Positions 7,673 through 14,202 of a stretch of DNA of 14,782 nucleotides are shown piece by piece (positions within the stretch are counted from its first letter, which is position 1; each line of letters begins with the position of its first letter). The notes beneath the pieces were generated by a model. That model did no database searches. It saw nothing but the letters and a program-made list of their open reading frames with translations, and had not been told where the DNA came from. The stretch is from NCBI GenBank assembly GCA_052386995.1, contig JBQTJP010000313.1:1-14782 (forward strand), given 5' to 3'. This stretch comes from Armatimonadota bacterium (GTDB lineage Bacteria; Sysuimicrobiota; Sysuimicrobiia; Sysuimicrobiales; Humicultoraceae). The position numbers and the translations under genes are program-made.

Positions 7673-8548
7673 CTGCCCCGCGTCCGCGATTTTCTGACCC
7701 CGGGCGTCCTGCCTCCGGGTCCCCTCAACGCGATCACGGACGTCGCCGGGGTGCGCGTCGGCCACGCGTCCCGCCGAAATAGCGACCTGCGCACGGGCGT
7801 CACCGCCGTCCTGCCCCACGGCGGCAATCTGAACCGCGATAAGGTAACCGCGGCGTCCGCGGTCTTCAACGGGTACGGCAAGTCGGTTGGATTGATGCAG
7901 ATCGACGAGCTCGACGGCTATCTCAGCGATGCCCGCGCGAGGGCCATCGGCGAGGCGGACGTGCGCGAGGCCATCTCAGGAGCGCGGGACGCGGCCGTCG
8001 CCACCGGGTGCATCGGCGCCGGCGTGGGTATGCGCTGCCTGGGATACAAGTCGGGGATCGGCACGGCCTCGCGCGCGCTCGAGCGGTCGCGCTACCGGCT
8101 CGGCATCCTCGCGGTGCCGAACTTTGGCTTTGCCGGCGATCTCATCATTGCCGGGGTGCCGCTCGGGCGGGAACTGGCCGTGGCGGGCCAACCGACCGAG
8201 CGCGGGTCGTGCGTTTTCGTCGTGGCCACCGACGCGCCGCTGGCCGCGGTGGATCTGGCCAGGATCGCCCGTCGCTGCTTCCTGGGCATGGCGCGCACCG
8301 GCGCGATCAGCGGCGAGACGAGCGGGGACCTGGCGGTCGCGTTCACAACGAATGCCCGCCAGGAGCGGCAGGAGCGCGACACCATGAACGCGCTGTTTCG
8401 GGCGGCGGTGGAGACGGCGGAAGAAGCGATCCTCGACGCGCTCTTTGCCGCGGAGACAACGGCCGGTCGCGACGGACACGTGATGCCGGCGCTACCGATC
8501 CCGGCCACCCTCGAGATCTTGAGGCGCCACGGCGTGCCCGTACGCTAG
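7673..8548 (+). CDS. DmpA/P1-family (peptidase S58) aminopeptidase with internal deletion; possibly a pseudogene
   Basis: Family motifs begin upstream of the ORF-track start in the same frame: (L)PRVRDF..PGPLNAITDVAGVRVGH, RTGVTAVLPHGGNL, NGYGKSVGLMQIDEL, GAGVGM..GYKSGIGTASR, NFG, autoprocessing GS in RGSCVFVVATDAPL, SGDLAVAFT, EEAI. AAGGAGG at 7656-7662 precedes an in-frame CTG at 7673. Confidence 0.85.
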   Translation: MPRVRDFLTPGVLPPGPLNAITDVAGVRVGHASRRNSDLRTGVTAVLPHGGNLNRDKVTAASAVFNGYGKSVGLMQIDELDGYLSDARARAIGEADVREAISGARDAAVATGCIGAGVGMRCLGYKSGIGTASRALERSRYRLGILAVPNFGFAGDLIIAGVPLGRELAVAGQPTERGSCVFVVATDAPLAAVDLARIARRCFLGMARTGAISGETSGDLAVAFTTNARQERQERDTMNALFRAAVETAEEAILDALFAAETTAGRDGHVMPALPIPATLEILRRHGVPVR

Positions 8549-8554
8549 CACAGC

Positions 8555-9769
8555 ATGATCCGCGTCCATCCCCACACGGCGTCCGGGCTCGTCCTGATGA
8601 TTGGCGGCGGGCTGGTGATGTTGTATCTGAGCCGGGAAGATCCGGCCTTTGGCGTGTTCAGCGGGCTCGGGTTGGCCATAGGATTCATCATGCAGCGAAG
8701 CCGGTTCTGCTTCACGGCCGCCTTCCGTGACCTGTACATGCTGCGTTCCGGCCGGGTGATGAAGGGCGTCATCGTCGGGATGGCGGTCGCAACGGTCGGC
8801 TTCGGACTGGTCATGGCAAATTTACTGCCGAATCCCACCTTGGGTACTGTTGCGCCGGAGGCTCACGCGAATCCGGTGGGCGTTCACCTGGTGCTAGGCG
8901 GGATTCTGTTTGGCATTGGGATGGTGGCCGCGGGCGGTTGCACATCGGGTTCGCTGTACCGCATGGGCGAAGGATATGCTGCCTCCTGGGTCGCCTTCGC
9001 TGGCATCCTTGCCGGCCTTGGTCTTGCCAGCCATACATGGAACTGGTGGTGGAAGATGTCCATCGGTCCGGCCTCCATCGTCTGGTTTCCTGCGATCGTG
9101 GGATACGGCGGCTCGATCATGGTTACCCTCGCGGGGTTGCTGGCAGCGTATCTCCTCGTGGTGTGGATTGAATCGCGTTCGCCGACTGCCGCCGTAGGGG
9201 CTCCGGACCCACAAGCGGATACCCTGCTACCATCGAGCGGATTCGTCCAACGCGTCGCGGATCTCTACGCGACGGTATTCCGGCGTGGGTGGCCGGCGAT
9301 CACGGGGGGCCTCTTGCTCGGCATCATCAACGTCTTCCTCTACACGGCCCATATGCCGTGGCGCATCGTGGGAGAGTACGGGCGGTGGGCAAACGGCCTG
9401 TTGACGGCGGCCGGCCTGGGCCCGGGGTCGTTGCTCGGCACGGAACGGCTCGCAGGATGCGCCCTGCGCATTGGCGGGGGCATCCTGACCCATGGCTTGC
9501 TGCTGAACGTGGGCCTTTTTGGCGGATCACTGATCTCTGCGCTCCTGGCCCGCGAATTCAAACTTCGGTTTGCGAGGAACAGGATTCGCTACGCGCAGTC
9601 CCTGGGTGGAGGCCTGCTGATGGGCTACGGCGCCGGTCTCGGGATGGGATGCACCGTTGGAGCATTCTTCTCAGCGGTTCCGTCTCTGGCCCTCAACGGC
9701 TGGATCTTCGGGCTGGCGCTGGCCGGGGGCGCCTACCTGGGCACCTACGTGATCCGCGCGCTCGAGTAG
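8555..9769 (+). CDS. YeeE/YedE-family sulfur-compound (thiosulfate-type) transporter
   Basis: Multi-TM, Gly-rich, with two homologous halves. Motifs GFIMQRSRFCF, GGILFGIGMVAAGGCTSGSLYRMGEG, GGGLLMGYGA..GMGCTVG carry the three family cysteines. Confidence 0.93.
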   Translation: MIRVHPHTASGLVLMIGGGLVMLYLSREDPAFGVFSGLGLAIGFIMQRSRFCFTAAFRDLYMLRSGRVMKGVIVGMAVATVGFGLVMANLLPNPTLGTVAPEAHANPVGVHLVLGGILFGIGMVAAGGCTSGSLYRMGEGYAASWVAFAGILAGLGLASHTWNWWWKMSIGPASIVWFPAIVGYGGSIMVTLAGLLAAYLLVVWIESRSPTAAVGAPDPQADTLLPSSGFVQRVADLYATVFRRGWPAITGGLLLGIINVFLYTAHMPWRIVGEYGRWANGLLTAAGLGPGSLLGTERLAGCALRIGGGILTHGLLLNVGLFGGSLISALLAREFKLRFARNRIRYAQSLGGGLLMGYGAGLGMGCTVGAFFSAVPSLALNGWIFGLALAGGAYLGTYVIRALE

Positions 9770-9772
9770 TCC

Positions 9773-10003
9773 ATGCGCATCGACGTTCGCGGGGAGATCT
9801 GTCCGTATCCCCTGAAGAAGACGCTGGACGCGCTGGACCGGCTTCCGGCTGGGGAAGCGTTGGAGGTGTTGACTGATCACCCTCCCAGCCTGGACGCGAT
9901 CCGGCTCTTCGCAGGGCAGAAGGGATTCACGGCGCGGGTGGAGGATGTCCGACCCGGCGAATGGCGCATCATCCTGACGCGGAGGGAAGGGCTCGCCACA
10001 TGA
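9773..10003 (+). CDS. TusA/YeeD(YedF)-family sulfur carrier protein
   Basis: 76 aa with IDVRGEICPYP (CPxP motif) and GEALEVLTDHPPS. Starts 3 nt after the YeeE/YedE stop. Confidence 0.95.
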   Translation: MRIDVRGEICPYPLKKTLDALDRLPAGEALEVLTDHPPSLDAIRLFAGQKGFTARVEDVRPGEWRIILTRREGLAT

Positions 10004-10986
10004 ACCGCCTGATCTTGCTCCTGATTGCCGCGGCGTTGGGCCTCGCCGGGAGCCCGACCATTGCCGCGCAGGCTCCAAGCCTTCTCTACGCCTTCAATGT
10101 GGGGTCAAAGGACGTCTCAATCATCGACATGGCCACCAATACGAAGGTCGGGACGAAGAAACTCGGCGCGGCGGTGCGGTGGCTGTCTAACGAGCAGGAC
10201 TTCTTTGACGGACGCCTAGTCTGGACGTACGAGGATCTAGACGACCGGGTGGACGCGCTGGCCATCGACATGTCCTCGATGAAGGTCACAAGGCGCATCC
10301 GCCTGGGCAAGGGGCCCGGCTTCAGCGTCGTCCTCACCCCGAATCGTCGTCTGGCCCTGGCCGATGTCGCCGGCGACAACGCGATCGCGGTCATTGACAC
10401 CAAGACCGCCAGGATCGTGCGCCGGATCTCGACAGGCTTGTACCCGTGCGATCTTGATCGCACGGCCGATGGGCAGTTTGCCTATGTTCCTGAGAGGGAC
10501 CAGAACACAGTGGCAATGATCGATTCCCGAAGCCTGACCATCGTCAAGCGGTTCGACATGGGCAAGAACACGGAACCGCATATGCTGCGGGTGTCGCCCG
10601 ACAACAAAACGGTCTGGGTGGCCAACGGACACGCTAATTCCCTTGTCGTGCTCGATGCCAAGACCCTCCAACCGGTCGCGAAGGTCGCAATGGGGAAGGT
10701 GCCGGTGACGCTCGGCTTTACCCCGGACGGCCGCTTCGGGTACATCACGCACTTCAGCGACAACTTTGTGGCGGTCGTCGACACGCAGACCTACAAAGAG
10801 GTCGGCCGGATCAAAGTGGCGCAGGGGCTCGCCGTCGTGACGTTCCGTCCCGATGGAAAGTTTGCCTATGTGGCCGCCATGAATGCGAACGCCGTGGCCG
10901 TGATCGACACCGCGACCATGAAGGTCTCAAAGATGATTCAGGCCGGGCGGGAACCCTGGGGTCTCCTCGTGTTCCCGGCGCGGTGA
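10000..10986 (+). CDS. Secreted YVTN/YncE-family beta-propeller protein
   Basis: Start reassigned to ATG 10000 (ATGA overlap with the TusA stop). Signal peptide MNRLILLLIAAALGLA. YVTN-like repeats: DGQFAYV...NTVAMID, SPDNKTVWVAN..NSLVVLD, TPDGRFGYIT..NFVAVVDT, RPDGKFAYVA..NAVAVIDT. Confidence 0.9.
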   Translation: MNRLILLLIAAALGLAGSPTIAAQAPSLLYAFNVGSKDVSIIDMATNTKVGTKKLGAAVRWLSNEQDFFDGRLVWTYEDLDDRVDALAIDMSSMKVTRRIRLGKGPGFSVVLTPNRRLALADVAGDNAIAVIDTKTARIVRRISTGLYPCDLDRTADGQFAYVPERDQNTVAMIDSRSLTIVKRFDMGKNTEPHMLRVSPDNKTVWVANGHANSLVVLDAKTLQPVAKVAMGKVPVTLGFTPDGRFGYITHFSDNFVAVVDTQTYKEVGRIKVAQGLAVVTFRPDGKFAYVAAMNANAVAVIDTATMKVSKMIQAGREPWGLLVFPAR

Positions 10987-11002
10987 GTCCCGGGCAACCA
11001 TC

Positions 11003-11479
11003 GTGAGCGCGGGCGCACGCCACGAATCCTTGGGGGTGGCAAAAGGGGTCGCCGGCCTGGTGGAGGGTGCGGGCGCCGGGTTGATCCTCATTGGGGCATA
11101 CGTGCCCTGGGTGGTCAGCTTCGCCCTGTTCACCTCCGTGGCCGTCAGGGGCGTCGAGACTACTTTCGGCAGGGCGCTTCCACTCATCCCTCTGGCGGCG
11201 CTCGGTCTGCTGGCGTGGCGATGGTATGCTCGACAGGCACGGTGGGTCCACCTGCCGATCATGGCGCTGGGGATCGCCACGATGGCGCTGACGATCGCGT
11301 ATGCGGTGCAGGTGAACCGGAATCTCACGCGGACGCAGCAATCCCTTGAGCGATCGGGCCAAGTCTTACCCGGGGCGGTCCGCGTGAACTTTGATGTGGG
11401 GATCTACCTGAGCGCAGCCGGCGGGGCCGCGATGGTCATTGGTGGAATCCTCGGCGCGCGCCAGGACCGGCCCGCATGA
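11003..11479 (+). CDS. Hypothetical membrane protein (about 4 TM helices)
   Basis: Hydrophobic segments LILIGAYVPW, LPLIPLAALGLLAW, IMALGIATMALTIAYAV, GIYLSAAGGAAMVIGGILG. Fills the gap between the YVTN gene and a terminator. Confidence 0.7.
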   Translation: MSAGARHESLGVAKGVAGLVEGAGAGLILIGAYVPWVVSFALFTSVAVRGVETTFGRALPLIPLAALGLLAWRWYARQARWVHLPIMALGIATMALTIAYAVQVNRNLTRTQQSLERSGQVLPGAVRVNFDVGIYLSAAGGAAMVIGGILGARQDRPA

Positions 11480-11492
11480 AGGCTTGAACGCG

Positions 11493-11532
11493 CAAAATAC
11501 AACGGGACCGGAGACGGCTTCCCCGGTCCCGT
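11493..11532 (-). terminator. Intrinsic terminator of the minus-strand cupin gene (possibly bidirectional)
   Basis: Perfect 10-bp inverted repeat ACGGGACCGG (11502-11511) / CCGGTCCCGT (11523-11532), followed on the minus strand by TGTATTTT. Lies between convergent genes. Confidence 0.75.
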
Positions 11533-11550
11533 CTCAGTCAGGAATTCCTG

Positions 11551-11985
11551 TTACTTGGCCGGAGTGACCCTCCAGTAGGTCTCGTCATACCCCGCTGGCC
11601 CCGCCTGGACCGATGGGGCCTTCATGCCCATCGGGACGATGAAGATGTCGCCGGCCTTGTACGTCACTTTCTTGCCGCCATCCAGGTTTACGGTAATCGT
11701 GCCCCTCGTCGCGTTGCAGAGGTCGCCATACCCTTCCGCAGTCATGGGCTCGACCTTCGCGTTCGGTCCCAATGTGAGCCGTGCGAACTTGACGGACTTG
11801 ATGCCAGGAACGTTGAAGTCGGTGCCGCTGAACTCCTTGAGCGTCTTGTCCGTGACCTTCCCAGTGACCTTCGGCTTCATCACCTCCTGCGCGGGCGCGG
11901 GAGTGATGGTCACCTGAGTCCACACGGCAACCCCTACGAGAACCGCGAGTATCCCTGCGAACACCACAAACCGCCGGTTCTTCAT
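11551..11985 (-). CDS. Secreted cupin-fold protein without metal-binding histidines
   Basis: AGGAGG RBS on the minus strand. Signal peptide MKNRRFVVFAGILAVLVGVAVW..APA. Cupin-like RLTLGPNAKV...TRGTITVNLDGGKKVTYKAGDIFIVPMG. Confidence 0.78.
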   Translation of the reverse strand: MKNRRFVVFAGILAVLVGVAVWTQVTITPAPAQEVMKPKVTGKVTDKTLKEFSGTDFNVPGIKSVKFARLTLGPNAKVEPMTAEGYGDLCNATRGTITVNLDGGKKVTYKAGDIFIVPMGMKAPSVQAGPAGYDETYWRVTPAK

Positions 11986-12135
11986 TCACACCCCTCCTCT
12001 GGTCAAACGTTTCGGCGTATTCGCGGTTCGGCGAATCACCGCTAATCTCCTGCCTTGAGGGCACCAGGGAGACTGCCGGAGCCGTCGAAACACTCGTGGT
12101 CCAATCCCAGGCTTGATATCCACGGAGGTGAGCCA

Positions 12136-12642
12136 GTGGCCTTCCATGTGTTCCGCGCTATCGTGATCGTGAGCCTGCCTCTGCTGGTGGCGGCCTACCC
12201 CCTGGGGGCCGCGCCAATGACCCAGCTCGTCGGCGCCGGTCTCATCGGCGCTCCTATCTCCGGCAAGACGATCGATTCAGCCTCGGACTTCGGGTTTGCC
12301 GTCACGCGCGACGGCGGCACGTTTGTATGCAGCATGGCCGGCCCGCTCACCGGTGGGTTCAAAGGGCTCAAAGTCATGACGGTTGAGGGCCCCGTAGACA
12401 GAGGGAGTCTCAAGTTCATGGGGAACACGGCGACGTTCACCGGGAAGGCCACCGTGGTCCTGGTGCCCGGCATGCAGAAGGAACCTGTGCAGATCCTCAA
12501 CGACGTGCCGTTTACCGTGAACGTCGGCCTGGGCGGACCCGGCAAGGGGTGGCTGCGGATGACGGTTCCGGCATTCACCAAAACGTTGGGCGGGGATACA
12601 GGGGGAACTCTGAAGATCGGCAGCATCTCCACGGCGAGGTAG
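12136..12642 (+). CDS. Hypothetical secreted beta-rich protein
   Basis: Start reassigned to GTG 12136 behind GGAGGTG (12124-12130). Signal-like FRAIVIVSLPLLVAAYPLGAA, then an alternating beta-strand pattern with high-GC third positions. No family recognised. Confidence 0.72.
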   Translation: MAFHVFRAIVIVSLPLLVAAYPLGAAPMTQLVGAGLIGAPISGKTIDSASDFGFAVTRDGGTFVCSMAGPLTGGFKGLKVMTVEGPVDRGSLKFMGNTATFTGKATVVLVPGMQKEPVQILNDVPFTVNVGLGGPGKGWLRMTVPAFTKTLGGDTGGTLKIGSISTAR

Positions 12643-12645
12643 CGC

Positions 12646-12702
12646 CCAGAACTTTCCCCGGTTCTGGTCTGCCCCTGCCGGACGCCCGTCTGGCGGGGGC
12701 GG
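12646..12702 (+). terminator. Two tandem hairpins between convergent genes
   Basis: CCAGAAC (12646-12652) / GTTCTGG (12661-12667), then a 15-bp stem CTGCCCCTGCCGGAC / GTCTGGCGGGGGCGG (12669-12702) with three G-U pairs and a 4-nt loop. No U-tract. Confidence 0.5.
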
Positions 12703-12703
12703 C

Positions 12704-13483
12704 TCATCTTCGGACCTCGGCGTAGTACCAGCACCAGTGTGACAGGCGACAGCGGTGGCACTTGGGGCGCTCGGCGCAGACAGCGTCATCGAGCTCGTAT
12801 CCGGAGCCGTGGCGGGTCAGCAGCCGGTTCGCCTCGTCCAGGCGGGCGCCGGGGTTGGCCGCAACGATCAGGGCGTGCGCGCGGCCGACCTCGCCATCAG
12901 AAGCGCGCGGACTGTCGATGAGACCGAGCCGGTACAACACGCGCAGCGTGTCCGGGTGGGCAAAGAACACATCCTCACCCACGCGCCGCAAGAACGTTCG
13001 GACGCCATATGGGCCGAGGTGTCTGAAGCGGCGCCGGAGATCCACGTAGAGCCGTCCCTGATCCTGCGGGGAGAAGTCGCGAAGATAGCCGCGGAACGAT
13101 CCGAACTCCTCGACGACCGCCAGCATTTGCCGCGCATTCTGGATCGTGGCCTCGATCTTTGCGCGATACCGGATGATGCCGCGGTCTTTGACCAACCGGT
13201 TCGTGTCCCGGGCGCCAAACCTGGCGACTTTGCGTATGGAGAACCTGGCGAACGCCCGCCGGAAGTTGCGCCACTTTCGGTTGACCACGACCGATGTCAA
13301 ACCGCTCTTGAACACGGTCCACGTGAGATGCTCGAAGTACCCGTCGTTCGTCCGCGGACGGCGGCCACGGGAAATATTCAGGATACTCCGGAGGCCCCCG
13401 CGGCGGGACGCGAGCTCACCGATCTGGTCTTGGAGGTTCAGGTAGAGATCGCCCAGTGCCTCGCGTGTGAACACCGTGCGCAT
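12704..13483 (-). CDS. Tag-like (3-methyladenine DNA glycosylase I family) HhH protein with a C-terminal endonuclease-III-type four-Cys motif
   Basis: Tag-like core YFEHL..VFKSGL..KWRNFRRAFARF..KVARF..RLVKDRGIIRYRAKIEATIQNAR..EEFGSFRGYL..RFRHLGP. C-terminal CAERPKCHRCRLSHWC. Likely start ATG 13483 with GAAGGTGG upstream, which avoids overlap with the divergent gene. Confidence 0.82.
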   Translation of the reverse strand: MRTVFTREALGDLYLNLQDQIGELASRRGGLRSILNISRGRRPRTNDGYFEHLTWTVFKSGLTSVVVNRKWRNFRRAFARFSIRKVARFGARDTNRLVKDRGIIRYRAKIEATIQNARQMLAVVEEFGSFRGYLRDFSPQDQGRLYVDLRRRFRHLGPYGVRTFLRRVGEDVFFAHPDTLRVLYRLGLIDSPRASDGEVGRAHALIVAANPGARLDEANRLLTRHGSGYELDDAVCAERPKCHRCRLSHWCWYYAEVRR

Positions 13484-13572
13484 TTTCCCACCTTCACCTG
13501 TGCGATCCGCCGTTCGGTCCAGGAGACCGTCACGGGTCGCCGAATGCAGCTCGGGGAAGGGGTGTGTCTTCA

Positions 13573-14181
13573 ATGGAAGATGAGTACTTGACGGATGCGC
13601 CAATAGTTCGCGCGTTCGTTGAAGACGTCCTTTTGAGGATGACGGCGGAACCGCGGCGCGAGCGGCTGGTGGAGGACATACGGCCCGCGTTCGCGGCCCT
13701 CCTGGCGGCCGAAGGCTGGCTCCCTGTTGCGTTCACTCGTCCCTCTGAGGCGGGCAAGATGGGCGGCGGAATTGGTACCTACCTGCTCTACAGACACGGG
13801 GACGCGCTCTCGCTCATGGCTCTGGTGGTCCCCGCCGGCGCGGCGACGCCGGTGCACGATCATCTCGCGTGGGGGTTGGTCGGTCTGTATCGCGGCGAGC
13901 AGGATGAAGAGGTCTTCCGCCGCCTCGACGATGGCCAGACGCCGGGCAGTGCGGTGCTCGAACTCGTGGAGCGGCGGCATCTGAAGCCCGGGGACTTCTA
14001 CACGCTGCTTCCTCCGGCAGGCGACATTCACCGGGTGCGGACGACCTCGCCGATGGCGTCGGTCTCCATCCACCTGCTTGGGAATGACCTGGGGTGCGTC
14101 TGGCGACATGCCTACGACCCTGAAGTAAGCGCGGTCCGTGACTTCCGGTCGGGCTATGCCAACGTGGAATGCAGGGACTGA
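13573..14181 (+). CDS. Cysteine dioxygenase-family (thiol dioxygenase-like) cupin
   Basis: 3-His metal site TPVHDH..WGLVG..GEQDEE and GDIHRV, plus YLLYR and SVSIHL. Start is ATG 13573 or GTG 13564. Confidence 0.87.
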   Translation: MEDEYLTDAPIVRAFVEDVLLRMTAEPRRERLVEDIRPAFAALLAAEGWLPVAFTRPSEAGKMGGGIGTYLLYRHGDALSLMALVVPAGAATPVHDHLAWGLVGLYRGEQDEEVFRRLDDGQTPGSAVLELVERRHLKPGDFYTLLPPAGDIHRVRTTSPMASVSIHLLGNDLGCVWRHAYDPEVSAVRDFRSGYANVECRD

Positions 14182-14202
14182 CCAAGCATCGCGACTGACG
14201 CC

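Noticed and set aside
6749..8548. The protease and the DmpA-like gene are in the same frame, separated by a single TAG (possible read-through or pyrrolysine fusion)
   Set aside because: The protease ends at a normal PDZ C-terminus, and a strong SD (AAGGAGG) after the TAG indicates independent initiation. No pyrrolysine genes are visible.
8555..10003. Selenocysteine recoding in the YeeE/YedE or TusA genes
   Set aside because: All motif positions are ordinary Cys codons. The only relevant TGA (10001-10003) comes at the normal end of the TusA fold and is part of an ATGA coupling.
11960..11985. Tat signal in the cupin (KNRRFV)
   Set aside because: Only the RR pair matches the S/T-R-R-x-F-L consensus, so it cannot be distinguished from a basic Sec n-region.
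12755..13591. 278-aa + strand ORF
   Set aside because: It is the antisense shadow of the Tag-like glycosylase, which carries the recognisable motifs.
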